Of a stretch of DNA of 64,000 nucleotides, positions 48,801 to 61,077 are shown piece after piece. The stretch's first letter is position 1. Each line of letters opens with the position of its first letter. This DNA is from Mobula hypostoma (taxonomy: Eukaryota): positions 3,660,001-3,724,000 of the forward strand of contig NC_086101.1 in the NCBI RefSeq assembly GCF_963921235.1, given 5' to 3'. The notes below the pieces were generated by a model. The model searched no databases. It saw nothing but the letters and a program-made list of their open reading frames with translations, and was not told where the DNA came from. Both the position numbers and the translations under genes were made by a program.

Positions 48801-50050
48801 GTCCCATCCCCCTCGCAAATGAGTTTAAACCCTCCCGAAGCACGCTAGCAAACCTACCTGCAAGGATATTGCTCCCCCTCGAGTTCAGGTGCAACCCATC
48901 CAATCTGTACAGGTCCCACCTTCCCCAGAAGAGATCCCAATGATCTAAAAATCTAAAACCCTGCTCCCTGCACCAACTCCTCAGCCACGCATTCAACTGC
49001 CATCTCCTCTAATTCTTACCATCACTGTCACGTAGCACTGGCAGCAATCCTGAGAACGTCACCCTTGAGGTCCTGTTCTTCAGCCTTCTGCCTAGTTCCC
49101 GAAACTCACACTTCAGGACCACATCCCTCTTCCTGCCTATGTCGTTGGTACCAACATGTATCACGACTTCTGGTTGCTTTCCCTCTCGTACCAGGATGTC
49201 GTGCACCCGGTCAGAGACATCCCGGACCCTGGCACCCGGGAGGCAACAAACCATGCGGGTGTCCTTTTGACGTCCACAAAATCTCCTGTCTGCTCCCCTG
49301 ACTATAGAGTCTCCAATGACGACAGCTCTTCTCTTCTCCGTCCCACCCCTCTGCACCACAGGGTCAGACTCAGTGCCGGAGGCCCTGCCACCGTGGCTCA
49401 CACCTGGTTGGTCGTCCCCGACAACAGTATCCAGGACGGTAAACTTATTATTCAGGGGAATGGCTACAGGGATGCTCTGCACTACCTGTCTGCTCACCTT
49501 CACTTTCCCCCCTCTGACTGTCACCCAACGACCTGCTTCCTTCCGACAGCCTAGATGTGACTACCTCCTTGTAGCTCTCATCTATAACTGCCTCATTCTC
49601 CCTTATGAGTCGAAGGTCATCCAGCTGCTGCTCCAGATTCCTTACACGGTCTTCCAGATCGCCCAGCCGTATGCACTTCTGGCAGATGTGACTCTGCGGG
49701 AGAGGGGAGTTGCCCCAAGACTGCCACATCTCACATGAGAGGCACATCACCGAGAGATCACATGAGAGCATGAGAGCACATAAAAACTAACTGCGAGCTA
49801 GCTTGTCCTCCGCCTCTTCTCGTCGAAGCCTCTCGAGTCAAAGTCTCAAAGCTCCACTCCTTCACTCACTGGCCGCTTCGCTTGAGCTACCCCTCTATTT
49901 ATCTGTTTGAGCTTTTCAAAATGTTTGGTCACCTGACCTCGATTGCCCAATCAGCTGCTTTCTGCTGAGTCTGAGCTATTCAAATCTTGATTGTCTAATT
50001 AACGGCTTACTGCTGATCTCTTCAAATCTTGTTTGACTTGATTGCACAGA
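45821..50050 (-). mobile_element. Full-length CR1 LINE (5' UTR, ORF1 esterase, ORF2 EN-RT), with frameshifts
   Basis: ORF1: CLSCEMW..HICQKC finger, coiled coil, SGNH motifs VIGDSIVRG, HVGTND and DGLHLN. ORF2: LKCVYLNARSIRNK, YMDFSKAFD, KFADD. (CATAGAA)n tail. It splits a Penelope pLTR (GACTGTA|CCTCTTCC). Confidence 0.95.
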
Positions 50051-50108
50051 CCTCTTCCCAGAGATGCTGCCTGGCCTGCTGCGTTCACCAGCAACTTTGA
50101 TGTGTGTT

Positions 50109-50636
50109 GGAGTACTGTGCTCAGTTCTGGTCGCCTCACTACAGGAAGGATGTGGAAACCATAGAAAGGGTGCAGAGGAGATTTTTACAAGGATGTTGCC
50201 AGGATTGGGGAGCATGCCTTATGAGAATAGATTGAGTGAACTCGGCCTTTTCCCCTTGGAGCGACGGAGGATGAGAGGTGACCTTGTAGAGGTGTATAAG
50301 ATGATGAGAGGCACTGATCGTGTGGATAGTCAGAGGCTTTTTCCCAGGGCTGAAATGGCTAACACGAGAGGGCATAGTTTTAAGGTGCTTGGAAGTAGGT
50401 ACAGCGGAGATGTCAGGGGTAAGTTTTTTACTCAGAGATTGCTGAGTACGTGGAATGGCTTGCCGGCAATGGTGGTGGAGGCGGATACAATAGGGTCTTT
50501 TAAGAGACTTTTGGATAAGTACATGGAGCTTAGAAAAATAGAGGGCTATGGGTAAGCCTAGTAATTTCTAAGGCTGGGACATGTTCGGCACAACTTTGTG
50601 GGCCTGTATTGTGCTGTAGGTTTTCTATGTTTCTAT
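50109..50636 (+). mobile_element. CR1 3' fragment
   Basis: FTRMLPGLGSMPYENRL...LFPRAEMANTRGHSFKV; (TTTCTATG)n tail. Confidence 0.85.
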
Positions 50637-51419
50637 CAATTTGTGATCTTGCTCTGCCTGGCTTCACAGAGGTTCTGCTGGTGCTGGTAGATTGGGGGGT
50701 GTGGTGGTGACTTCAATTATCAGTGACCAACCAACTCCATCAGCACTGACAACACCATTCAGCCCTTCACACACTGAGGGACTGTACCAAAGCCCTTCAG
50801 GAGAAAGTGAACCGACAGAAAATTTTCAATAAGATTGAAAGAGTACAGGGAAACTTACAGGGTTGTTGCTGGGACTTGAGGACCTGAGTTATAGGGGGAG
50901 GTAAATAGGCTCGGAGTTTATTCCTTTGAGCGTAGGAAATTGATAGTGGTATACAAAATCACGAGAGTTCTTGATGGGGTAAGTACAAGCAAGCTTTTTT
51001 CACTGAGGTTGGGTGAGACTCGAACTGGAGGTCATGGGTTAAGGGTGAAATGTGAAGGTGAGGGGACAGAGGGTGGTGAGAGTGTGGAACGAGCTGCCAG
51101 TGGATGCAGGTTTGGTTTGGACATTTTAGGAAAGTCTGGATAAGCACATGGATGGTCGGGGTATGGAGAGCGATGGTCCAGGTGCTGGTCGGTGGGACGA
51201 GGCGGACTGACAGTTCACTACAGACCAAAAGGCCTATTTCTGTGGTGTAGGACTCTCTGACCCAGTGATGGCCCTCAACAGCCCCCAGACGCTGCGGGTT
51301 GTGCTGCCCCTGTGTAATCTACCTCATCATGACCTTTGAACTTTGACTGCCCTGTGGCCGTAACACCACACTCTGCATTCTCTGTCGTTCTGTGACCTCG
51401 AAGCTTAACCTATTTCAAT

Positions 51420-51960
51420 CAGACTTCCCTCATTCCAACCTGCTGGTGCACGGCCTACTCTGCTACGGCAACGAAGCCAGGCTCCAGTGGGAGGATAAAC
51501 ACCTCTGGTGGCTAACATACCGACATCTGGGTGGCCTCCAACCCGATAACATGAACACTGCTTTCTCCTACGTCCAGTAATTTATCCCTCCTCTCCTTCT
51601 TGCCATTCTCCCTTCTGGTTTCCCTCGCACCCCTTCTCATCCCCTCCCTCTGGTTCCTTGCCTCCATCCCTTTCTCCTCTAGTCCACTCTTTCCTATCTT
51701 CTCCAGCCCTCTACCTCTTCCATCAATCATCTTTCTTCATTCCACCCCTCCCCTTGCTACTCACACTCCCCCTCACCTGATCTCCCCTGTCACCTGGTCT
51801 CACCTGTCACCTGGCCTCACCTGTCACCTGCCAGCTGGCACTTCTCTCCCCCTCACCCACCCTCTGATTCTGGCCTTCTGCCCGCTTCCTTCCCAGTTCT
51901 GGCCCGAAACGTCGACTGTTTATTCCTCTCTGCGGATGCTACCTGACTTGCTGAGTGTCG
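51420..51960 (+). mobile_element. Old Penelope-like 3' fragment
   Basis: HSNLLVHGLLCYGNEARLQWEDKHL...LGGLQPDNMNTAFS, a pyrimidine-rich tract, and a half hammerhead GGCCCGAAACGTCGACTG at about 51901. Confidence 0.65.
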
Positions 51961-52287
51961 CTCTCTGTAACTCGGTCCAAGAAGCAATAGCAAACCTACA
52001 TCCGTCCCTTCGTCAGCGTGGAACAGCACAGGAACAGCCCCTTTGGAGCACAATTCTGTGCCAAACCAATTAAATTAGTCATCAAATGACCAACTAAACT
52101 AATCCCTTCTGCCTACACACTGTCCATATCCTTCCATTCTCCTCACATTCAAGTGCTTATCTAAACTCTGCAACGTCTCTAATGTGTCTGCCTCCACCAC
52201 TTCCCCAGGAGCCCAGCACTCTCTGTGTAAAAAAAAACTTAACCCTCACATTATCCTTTCACCTTAAACGCCATTTCATGCCTAGTG

Positions 52288-52570
52288 TGGCGCGTGGCCA
52301 AGTGGTTGAGGCGTTTGCCTAGCGATCTGAAGGTCGCCAGTTCAAGCCTTGGCTGAGGCAGCGTGTTGTGTCCTTGAGCAAGGCACTAATCCACACATTG
52401 CTCTGCGAAACGACTGGTGCCAAGCTGTATGGATCCTAATGCCCTTCCCTTGGACAACATCGGTCTCATGGAGACTTGCAGCATGGGCAACTGCCGGTCT
52501 TCCACACAACCTTCCCTCAGCCTGCGCCCTGGAAACCTTCCAATGCGCAAATCCATGGTCTCACGAGACT
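52288..52570 (+). mobile_element. tRNA-derived SINE with a CORE/Meta-like central domain
   Basis: A box TGGCCAAGTGG, B box AGTTCAAGCC, then GTGTCCTTGAGCAAGGCACT. Confidence 0.6.
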
Positions 52571-53518
52571 GTAAACAAAATGTCACCAGATACAACCCTG
52601 GGATTTATTTTCCTGCGGCCATACCGAGAAAATCAATACAATAGTAACTGTAACAGGATCAATGAAAGATCAACCAGTGTGCAGAAAACAACAAACTGTA
52701 CAAATGTAAATACAAATAAATAAATAAAGACAGAGAAGGTGAAATGACAAGGTAAAGTGTCTTTAAAGTGCGTGACACTGGTTGGGGGACCATCTCAATG
52801 GATGGGCAATTGTGTGTAGTTATCCCCTATTGTTGGAGATCCTGATCTTTGAGGGCCAGTAACTGTTCTTGAACCTGATGCTGTGAGTCCTGAGGCTCTT
52901 GTACCTTCTGTCTGATGGCAGCAGCAAGAAGAAAGCATGACCTGGGTGGTGAGGATCTCTGATGCTCGATGCTGCTTTCCTCTGACAGCGTTTCATGCGG
53001 ACATGCTCAGTGGTTGGGAGGGCTCTCCCTGTGATGTACTGGGCCGATTCCACTTCCTTTTGGATTTCATCACACTCTCGATGTGAACCTTGTGTTAATG
53101 AAATGGGTCACATTCATTCAGACCAGCACCTTTGACCACGGGTCTGTCAGGCAGTGGTCTGCGTGGAATGTCCTGCAGTTACTGCAGGACAACGATTGGA
53201 TGTACCTAGTGTGGTGGTTCCCTGAGCAGACAGTCAAGACCATCAGCAGATCTCACCATCAGTCACCAAGACCTGGCCTGGCTGGCAGGGAGAGGAGCCC
53301 TCCCAGTCTGATCCTTGCTGCACACCCGGAGCATCACTCCCTCAGCGCGCTGCCCCGGGGTTGATGCAGCAGAGATGAGACGGTCGCTCAGCTCTCTGCG
53401 GACTGTGGGCTTGTGAAGAAGATGTGGAGAAAGATGCAAGAGTCCGTACCACGGCAGCTGAGTGACACTGATCTTCAGGTTGTTCCCAGGACACACAGGA
53501 AAACGGAGTGTCCACAGA

Positions 53519-53597
53519 CAGGGGTTCCTAACCTGGGGTCCACTGACCCCTCGTTAATGGTATTGGTCCATGGTATAAAAAGGGATGAGAACCCCTG
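53519..53597. mobile_element. 79-bp hAT-like MITE
   Basis: Ends CAGGGGTTCCTAACC / GATGAGAACCCCTG; no clean 8-bp TSD. Confidence 0.5.
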
Positions 53598-54755
53598 CTG
53601 TGGAGGAGTGTAGCCGACTGGCACGTTCCAGGCTGCAGGCGTACGTGCTGAGGGACACATTGAAGGGATAGGGTTCCTCTGCTACTCGACAGGGAGAGGC
53701 CGGGTTGGGTGAGGAAGTCTCTCTATTATTGTAGTACTGAACCACCCCGGGGCCACATGAGCGACAACAGTCTGATCAGTTTTAATGAATGTAAAAGAAC
53801 TCTAAGTATTGGATTTACTGTGAATGTAAATTCATTGGGTAAAGGCATTGCACGGATTATTCTTGAGAATATTTTAAAATTGTGAATGAAGTTTATTTCG
53901 ATAAAAAGAATACAACTTGTGGTCTGTGTCCAGAATGAGGGAGACCAGGCCTCCCATTGGAACCAGGACAGACATGACTGAAGTCAGGAAGATTGTTCAC
54001 TTGAAGGGCAGAGGAAAGCAGGACTTCACTGAAACACTGAATGTTTTCCATCCTGTGACATATAATATCCAGTCCAGTGCTTTTTCCTGCAACCACAGGC
54101 CATCACCCGTCACCCCACAACACAATAAACTCCTCTCATCCCAGTTTCGTAGCATGAACTAATATAACACTAATTTAAATGTTTACTTAACCACCGTTTT
54201 ATACCACAGTCTGACTCTCTTTAGACCACGAGAATTTTTTTTTTTAAAAACCAGCTGCTGGAGGAAATGAACGGGTCAGACAACATCTGTTGGGGGAATG
54301 GACAATCGACATTTTGGGTTGAGACTGTCCAGATGAAAGATCTCCATTTCTTGTGCCTCTTTTCTCAGAGCTTGCCGATTTTGGTCCAGCCGTAGAACGG
54401 CCCTTCATGTTCTTCTTAATCCCATCACACCTACTGGGGCACCAGCCGCCGACAGCAGCTCCCCAGAGGCCTCAGTCCTGGGCCTCAGGTTGATCAGCCC
54501 TGTGGCTTTTCCCTTCACCACACAACTTCAATCGTCTTCCAGGGGAAGGTCCTTCCTATCTCAGGGATGAGGCCTCTGGAGATTCAGCTGGCGTTCCTGT
54601 CACACTGTGTTTTTACAGGATGGGGTGGTTAACCCCATGACCTCGTCTTGCAGCCAGGTTTGGGCAGGCCATGGCCAATTTTCTGACCTATTTAATGTGA
54701 TTCTGATCCCACCCCGAGGTGGAAACGGCAGTGTTTCCCTCCCACTGAGCTTACG

Positions 54756-55235
54756 TATAACACCCTGGTTCCAATCTTTACTGCTGTCTGTAGGTATTTC
54801 ATTTTAGCAGTTCTATAAAAGCAGTCTGTTCTGCTTTCTGGCCTGTTTGGGTTTGAGCTAAGTTAAGGGGCTTTGATGTTCAACTTAGGAATGTTGTGTC
54901 GACAATCAGGATGGTGGAATTGGGCGAAGGTTCCAGAGAAGGTCGGTCGAAGAGGTTTATGTATGGACACTGGTGTAGCTCGACGTCTTTTTAGTGAGGC
55001 CTGGGAGAAGACAGGAGAGAAGCTGGCTGAGGATGCCGTCCTGTTGCACAATGTTGTTTATGGAGTTGAATGAATTCAAGGAGAAAGGACCTAAACTCCT
55101 AGCCTCACGGTTTTGGCGTGACTAAGTCATATCTACTCTAGACATACAGAGTGTGGGAAAGGTGATTTTCTCACCGCTGATTCCGGTGGCTGTTAGCGAG
55201 GGGCTCCAGACACGGCCAGTAAAAGGGGTTTCACA
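54756..55235. mobile_element. Putative solo LTR upstream of TRIM copy 2, with an internal deletion of about 320 bp
   Basis: Homologous to 5115-5916 but lacking about 5460-5780. Confidence 0.4.
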
Positions 55236-55267
55236 CACAACAACATAATGTTCATTCCGTGAGACTG

Positions 55268-55300
55268 CAGCGCGCCTAGTGGACAATCGCGGTACTGCAG
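55268..55300 (-). promoter_or_regulatory. CTCF-like bipartite site (imperfect core) at the TRIM copy 2 promoter
   Basis: Minus strand reads CTGCAGTACC-N8-CCACTAGGCGCGCTG. Confidence 0.3.
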
Positions 55301-55317
55301 GCGTTCAGCAGCTCCCC

Positions 55318-55346
55318 GAAAGTGAAAGGATCCTGAACCAGGAAGT
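55318..55346 (+). promoter_or_regulatory. Consensus IRF-E/ISRE plus ETS motif
   Basis: GAAAGTGAAAG (55318-55328) fits GAAANNGAAA; CAGGAAGT at 55339-55346. Confidence 0.55.
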
Positions 55347-55358
55347 GCCGGAGTTAAC

Positions 55359-55769
55359 ATGGCTTCGAAACGACAGGTCGAGAGTTTGACCGAGGAGGTA
55401 ATTTGTCCCATCTGCCTGGATTTCTTCACTGATCCGGTTACACTGGAATGTGGGCACAACTTCTGCCGCTCCTGTATCACACGGTGTTGGGAAAAGGCGG
55501 AGAGAAACTCCTGCCCGGAATGTAGAGAGGAGTTTGCAGACCGCACCCTCAGGGTCAATCGGGCCTTAGCAGATCTGTCTGAGAAAGCTCGAAAACTAAA
55601 CCTGAATCCGAAAGAGAAGGAAAGTAAACTTCACTGCGAGAAACATGATGAAGAATTGAAGCTGTTTTGTGAGACGGACAAGAAACTGCTCTGTCTGGTC
55701 TGTAGAGACGCGCGGGTACACAGAGAGCACCGCTTCCTGCCGATTGAAGAAGCTGTTGAAATCTATAAG
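55359..55769 (+). CDS. TRIM gene copy 2, coding exon 1: RING plus B-box2
   Basis: Paralog of 6040-6450 with all Zn ligands intact; donor AAG|GTAAAA. Confidence 0.95.
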
Positions 55770-55907
55770 GTAAAAACAAATCGATTTTGATCACCTGATT
55801 TTTTTCATTGCATATTTATTTTTATACCCCTGGTGTTTATGACAATAAACTGGCCCGAATCGGCAATGCATCTTTATTGTCTAATTCCTTCACTCTCTGC
55901 TTCCCAG

Positions 55908-56003
55908 GACCGGGTTAAATCTGCCTTAGACTCTCTCACAGAAAAGAAATCCGAGCTCGAGGAAATGGAGCGGCAACAGAAAGAGAAGATTTCCGGAGTT
56001 CGG
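55908..56003 (+). CDS. TRIM copy 2 exon 2 (96 nt)
   Basis: CCCAG|GAC...CGG|GTGAGG; encodes DRVKSALDSLTEKKSELEEMERQQKEKISGVR. Confidence 0.92.
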
Positions 56004-56391
56004 GTGAGGATTTCCTGAGCAGAATTTCCAATATTGTTGTGTAGTTTTGATAGAGTACAGCAGCTCCAGTGACCTGGGTTCGATTCTGACCTCTGGTGTT
56101 GTTTGCGTGGAGTTTGCATGTTCTCCTTGAGATCACAGTGGGCCGGCATTACCAAGAAATCCAGGTTGAATGTATCATTCGCTTCTGTAATTAACCCTGT
56201 GAAGGCGGGTGGACTGTGAATCAGGTGAGAGGTAATGGGTCAGTGAGGAAGAATCGGTTTCAGGGATTGAATGAATGGGATTGAATTTCTGAGAATCCGC
56301 ATAGAGTCAACAGCCTGAATGGTCTCCTTCCAGGTGATAGGGAAATACTTTACAGCCAAATAATAAACTAGCCTCTCCTTTCATTTGACAG

Positions 56392-56625
56392 GAACAGTCA
56401 AACGGCGTTCAGTCCCACATCACATCCCAGTTCGCTGAACTGCGCCAGATTATCACGGAGAAAGAGCAGCGCTTACTCCGAGATCTCATGGAAGAAGAGG
56501 CGAGGATTCTAAATCCAATGGAGAAAAATCTTCGACAGATTCAAGAGAATTTAAATTCCATCCAGGAGGAAATCTCCAAGTTACAGGAACAGATGGCCCA
56601 ACAAGAAAATATCACATTCCTCATG
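56392..56625 (+). CDS. TRIM copy 2 exon 3 (234 nt)
   Basis: TTTGACAG|GAA...ATG|GTGAGA; open frame. Confidence 0.92.
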
Positions 56626-57026
56626 GTGAGAGATTTCAGTTTGGTTCTGTAAAAGTACAGAGTCTCAAAATGATGTATTTTAACTCAATGTGGTATTTAC
56701 CAATACTATCATTGTAAACAGATTTAAACTGGACTGGTGTTCTGACTTTTCAGAACTGTTGTGTTCCACAAACTGGCCTCCCACAACATCTGTACGTCAG
56801 AGGACAGTCTGTAACCTTCTCGGGAATGAGTTACTCTGATCAGAGCACTGAGCTGGTGATAGTTTCTGTGATTTCCAGGTATAATATCCCCTGAGACTCA
56901 GAGTAACCAGTTACAGTCAAAGGCTGTGAGTGTGTCTGGTGTGGTGGGTGTGACGTTCTCTCTGTCTATCAGTGGGAACTGAGATTGAATTGCTCATTGT
57001 GACCGACACATCAGATTAAACATCTA

Positions 57027-58588
57027 CAGCGTCTATAAAAAGTATTCACCACCACCCCCTCCCCCACTTGGAAGTTTTCATGTTTTTCATGTTTTATTGT
57101 CTCAAAGTGAAAACAGGTCTCTGCATTAATCTAAATTAATTAGAAATATAAAACACAAAATAACTGATTGCTTAAGTATTCACCCCCTTGAAGTCAGTAT
57201 TTAGTAGATGCATCTTTGTCGGTAATTACAGCCTTGATTCTGTGTGGATAGCTCTCTATCAGATTTGCACATCTGGACACTATAATTTTTCCCCATTCTT
57301 CTTCACAAAAATGCACAAGATCAGTCAGAATGCATGGGGATCGTGAGTGAACAGCATTTTTCAAGTTCAGCCACAAATTCTCGATTGGATTGAGGTCTGG
57401 ACTCTGACCTGGCCACTCCAGGACATTAACTTTGTTGTTTTTAAGCCATTCTTGTGTAGCTTTGACTTTATGCTTGAGGTCATTGTCTTGCTGGAAAATA
57501 AATCTTTTCCCAAATCACAGTTGTCTTGCAGACTGCATCAGGATTTCCTCCAGGATTTCCCTGTATTTTGCTACATTCATTTTCTCTTCTGCAGTACAAG
57601 CCTTCCAGGGCCTGTTGCAGTGAAGCATCCCCACAGCATGATGCAGCCACCACCATGCTTCACGGTAGGGTGTGTTTTTGATTATGTGCGGTGCTTCCCT
57701 TGCGCCTAAAATAGCGTTTAGTCTGATGGTCAATAAGCTCAATTTTGGTTTCATCAGACCATAGAACCTTCTTCTAGCTGACTTCAGAGTCTCCCACATG
57801 CCTTCTGGAAACTCTTGCCAAGATTTCACGTGACCTTTTTTAAACGGTGGCTTTCTCTTTGCCACTGTCCCATAAAACTGTGACTGGTGAACAATTGTTG
57901 TATACGTAGTCTCTCCCATCTCAGCCACTGAGGCCTGTAACTCCTCCAGAGTTGTTATAGGCCTCTTGGTGGCCTCTCTGACTTGTCCCCTTCTTGCACG
58001 GTCACTCAGTTGACAGCCTGTTCCAGGCATATTTACAGCTGTGCCATATTGTTTCCATTTCTTGATGGTTGACTTAATTCAGTGATTTGAAAATTTTCTT
58101 GTATCCATCTCCTCACTTGTGCTTTTTCAATAACCTTTTCGCGGAGTTGCTTGGAGTGTTCTTTTGACTTCTTGGTGTAGTTTTTGCCAGGATACTGATT
58201 CACCAGCAGTTGAACCTTCCAGATACAAGTGTATTTTTACTACAATCAATTGACACATCTTGACTGCGCAAAGGTCTCTGGAAACAGATCTCCATTTAAC
58301 TAATTATGTGACTTCTAAAACCAATTGTCTGCACAAGTGATAATTTGGTCTGTCATATTTAAGGGGATGAATTCTGGAGTTCAAAAGAACATGCAATCAA
58401 TTATTTTGTGTTTTATATTTGCAATTAATTTGGATCACTTTGTAGAGATCTGATTTCACTTTGACATGAAAGAGTCTTTTTCTTTTGATCAGCGTCAAAC
58501 AAACGAAATTAAATCCACTTTGATTCAATTTTTTAAAACAATAAAAGATGAAAACTTCTGGGGGGGGGAATATATTTTATAGGCACTG
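57027..58588 (-). mobile_element. Defective Tc1-like transposon, duplicate of 7717-9262
   Basis: Same insertion site (CATCTA|CAGCGTC ... GCACTG|TATATC) and the same transposase relics. Confidence 0.92.
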
Positions 58589-60840
58589 TATATCAGCTTG
58601 TAACAGATCTCCTCTCATCCTTCTGAATTACAGCGATACAGTCCCAGGTGACTCAATCTCTCCTCATATCTAACCCCCTCATATCTGGAATCAACCTGGT
58701 GAACCTCCTCAGCACCACCTACAAAGCCAGTGTATCCTTCCTCAAGTAAGGAGATCAGAACTGCAGACAGTACTCCAGATGTGGCCTCACCATTACCCTG
58801 TACAGTTGCAGCAAAACCTCCCTGCTCTGAAATTCAATCTCTCTAGCAATGAAGGCCAACATCCCATTTGCCTTCTTGACAGCCTGCTGTTCCTGCAAAC
58901 CAATCTTTTTGCGACTCATGCATCAGAACTCCCAAGCAGCAGCATGCTAAAAACTTTTACCATTTTAATGATAAGCTGATATTCCACTTTTCCTTCCAAA
59001 GTAGATGACCTCACATTTACCAACATTTTACTCCATCTGCCAGGCCCTTGATAATTCACTGAACCTATCTGTATCTCTCTGTGGACTCTCCGTATCCTCT
59101 GCACAACTTGCTTTTATGCTCAATTTACTGTCATCAGCAAAATGAGATACACTACACTCAATTCTGTCTTCCAGTTTGTGGGTGTCTATGGTGAACAGTT
59201 GCAGGCCCAGCACTGACTTCTGCAGCACACCGCTCACCACCGATTGCCAACCATGGAAACACCCATGTATCCCAACTCTCTGCCTTCTGTTGGTTAATTA
59301 ATCCCCTATCCATGCTAATAGATCACCCCAACTCTATGCATCCTTATCTTATGGATAAGTCTTTTATGTGGCACCTTATCAAATGCCTTTTGGAAGTCTA
59401 AGTAAATAACTTCTATCTGTTTTCTATCCACTGCGCACATTATAATCTCAAAGAACTCCAGTAAGTTTGTCACACAGGAGCTGCCTTTGCTGAATCCATG
59501 CTGCTCTGTCTGGTAGATCCATTTCTTTCCAGATGCTTTTCCTTTTCCTTTTTATTGATAGCTTCAAGCATTTTCCCAGCTACAGACATTAAACTAACTG
59601 GTGTATAGTTGCCTGCCTTTTGCCTACATCCTTTGTTGAACAGTGGCGTAACTTTCGCCGTCTTCCAATCCTCCGAGACCTGCCCAGAATCTCGAGAGTT
59701 TTAGTAAATTATCACCGAAGCCTTTGCCAATTCGTTCAGTATCCTGGGATGTATTCCAGGACCTACCGATCTTTAGGCTCACATGTTTGCTCAGCGCTAC
59801 CTCTTTAGTGATAGCTATTGTGTTGAGGTCCTCACCTCCTATCGCAGTCATATACTTTCTCTTTGGCATGTTAGATGTGTCCTCCACCGCAAAGACCAAA
59901 ACAAAATAGCCATTCAAAACCTCGGCCATTTCCTCATTACGGAATATCAATTCCCCTTTCTCGTCCTACAAGGGACTTACGTTCACCTTGGCCACCCTTT
60001 TCCGCTTTATAAAATTATAGAATCTTTTACTATCCATTTTTATATTTTGTTTATTTTCATAGTCTATCTTACCTTTCTTTATTGCTCACTTTGTGGTTCT
60101 TTGTTACTTTTTTAAGTCTTAAAGTTTTCCCAGTCTTTCAGTTACCCACTACTCGGCGATTTTGAAAGCACGAGCTTTCGGTTTCATGCCTTCCTTTATT
60201 TCCATAGTTACTGATGGCTCTCCCCGCCCTTATTGTCCTTGTTTTTAACTGAAATATACAATTATTTGTGGTTTGGTGACTTTTTATTCAACCACTATAA
60301 AAGCTTTACCCAATACTCAACTGTGCTTCCTCACAGAAGCTCCTTGAGTCAAAATCGGTAAACTATACTGCGAAGCAACGGTAAGTCCAACCTTGTTGGT
60401 CCGACAACAACTTCATCACTATTCTAATTACTGGTTTGCTTTCTCTCTTTGCAAAACACGCTACGTGCCTCTACTACCGCGGGCGCTAGCAAACGGCTTA
60501 TGCAAAGGCGAGAAAAATGGCCGCTCAAAACAAGGGATAGGCTATAAAAAATCCTTTGTGGCCACTATAAGGTGACCAAACACAAGTTATAGGAGCAGCA
60601 TGATATCCCAATAAAAATAGACAGCCTGTCCAGTCTTTCCCATCAGTTCCATCCTCTCAGTTATGGGATAATTATCAGAAACATTCCTTGTACTTTCTCC
60701 CGGGTTCTGTGTCCCTTGTTGCAGTATCCCCTTTCTCCGTGTGTGAGCTGAGAAGTGGGAAATTTCAATAACTTGGCTCAAATTCCTGTGGTCAGATGCA
60801 CACAGTCGGTCAATTGAGATCTGTATTTTATTTATTTCAG

Positions 60841-60863
60841 GAGGAAGTTCGTCGGAAGAGGAG
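60841..60863 (+). CDS. TRIM copy 2 exon 4 (23 nt)
   Basis: TTTATTTCAG|GAGGAAGTTCGTCGGAAGAGGAG|GTAGGA. Confidence 0.88.
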
Positions 60864-60958
60864 GTAGGACATGGTCTTTACTGAAACACAGTAGGATTTG
60901 TAAAATAACTCAAATATCACTGATGCTCAGTTTATAACCAGCTGTGTAATATTTACAG

Positions 60959-61077
60959 GATTAGCGACGATGTCAAGTCCCTGTCAGTGACACATGGCTC
61001 CCTACTTGTTGAAAAATTCGATCAGCCCTTTTTGTTGAACACAATGTTGAGAGAAATGTCTGATATAATTAAGCGAG
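60959..61077 (+). CDS. TRIM copy 2 exon 5 (119 nt); the PRY/SPRY exon is expected beyond the window
   Basis: TTTACAG|G ATT...CGA G|GTGAAC; encodes ISDDVKSLSVTHGSLLVEKFDQPFLLNTMLREMSDIIKR. Confidence 0.88.

Noticed and set aside
45897..49771. Active autonomous CR1 or a domesticated esterase/RT gene
   Set aside because: Both ORF1 and ORF2 are broken into several frames by indels and stops.
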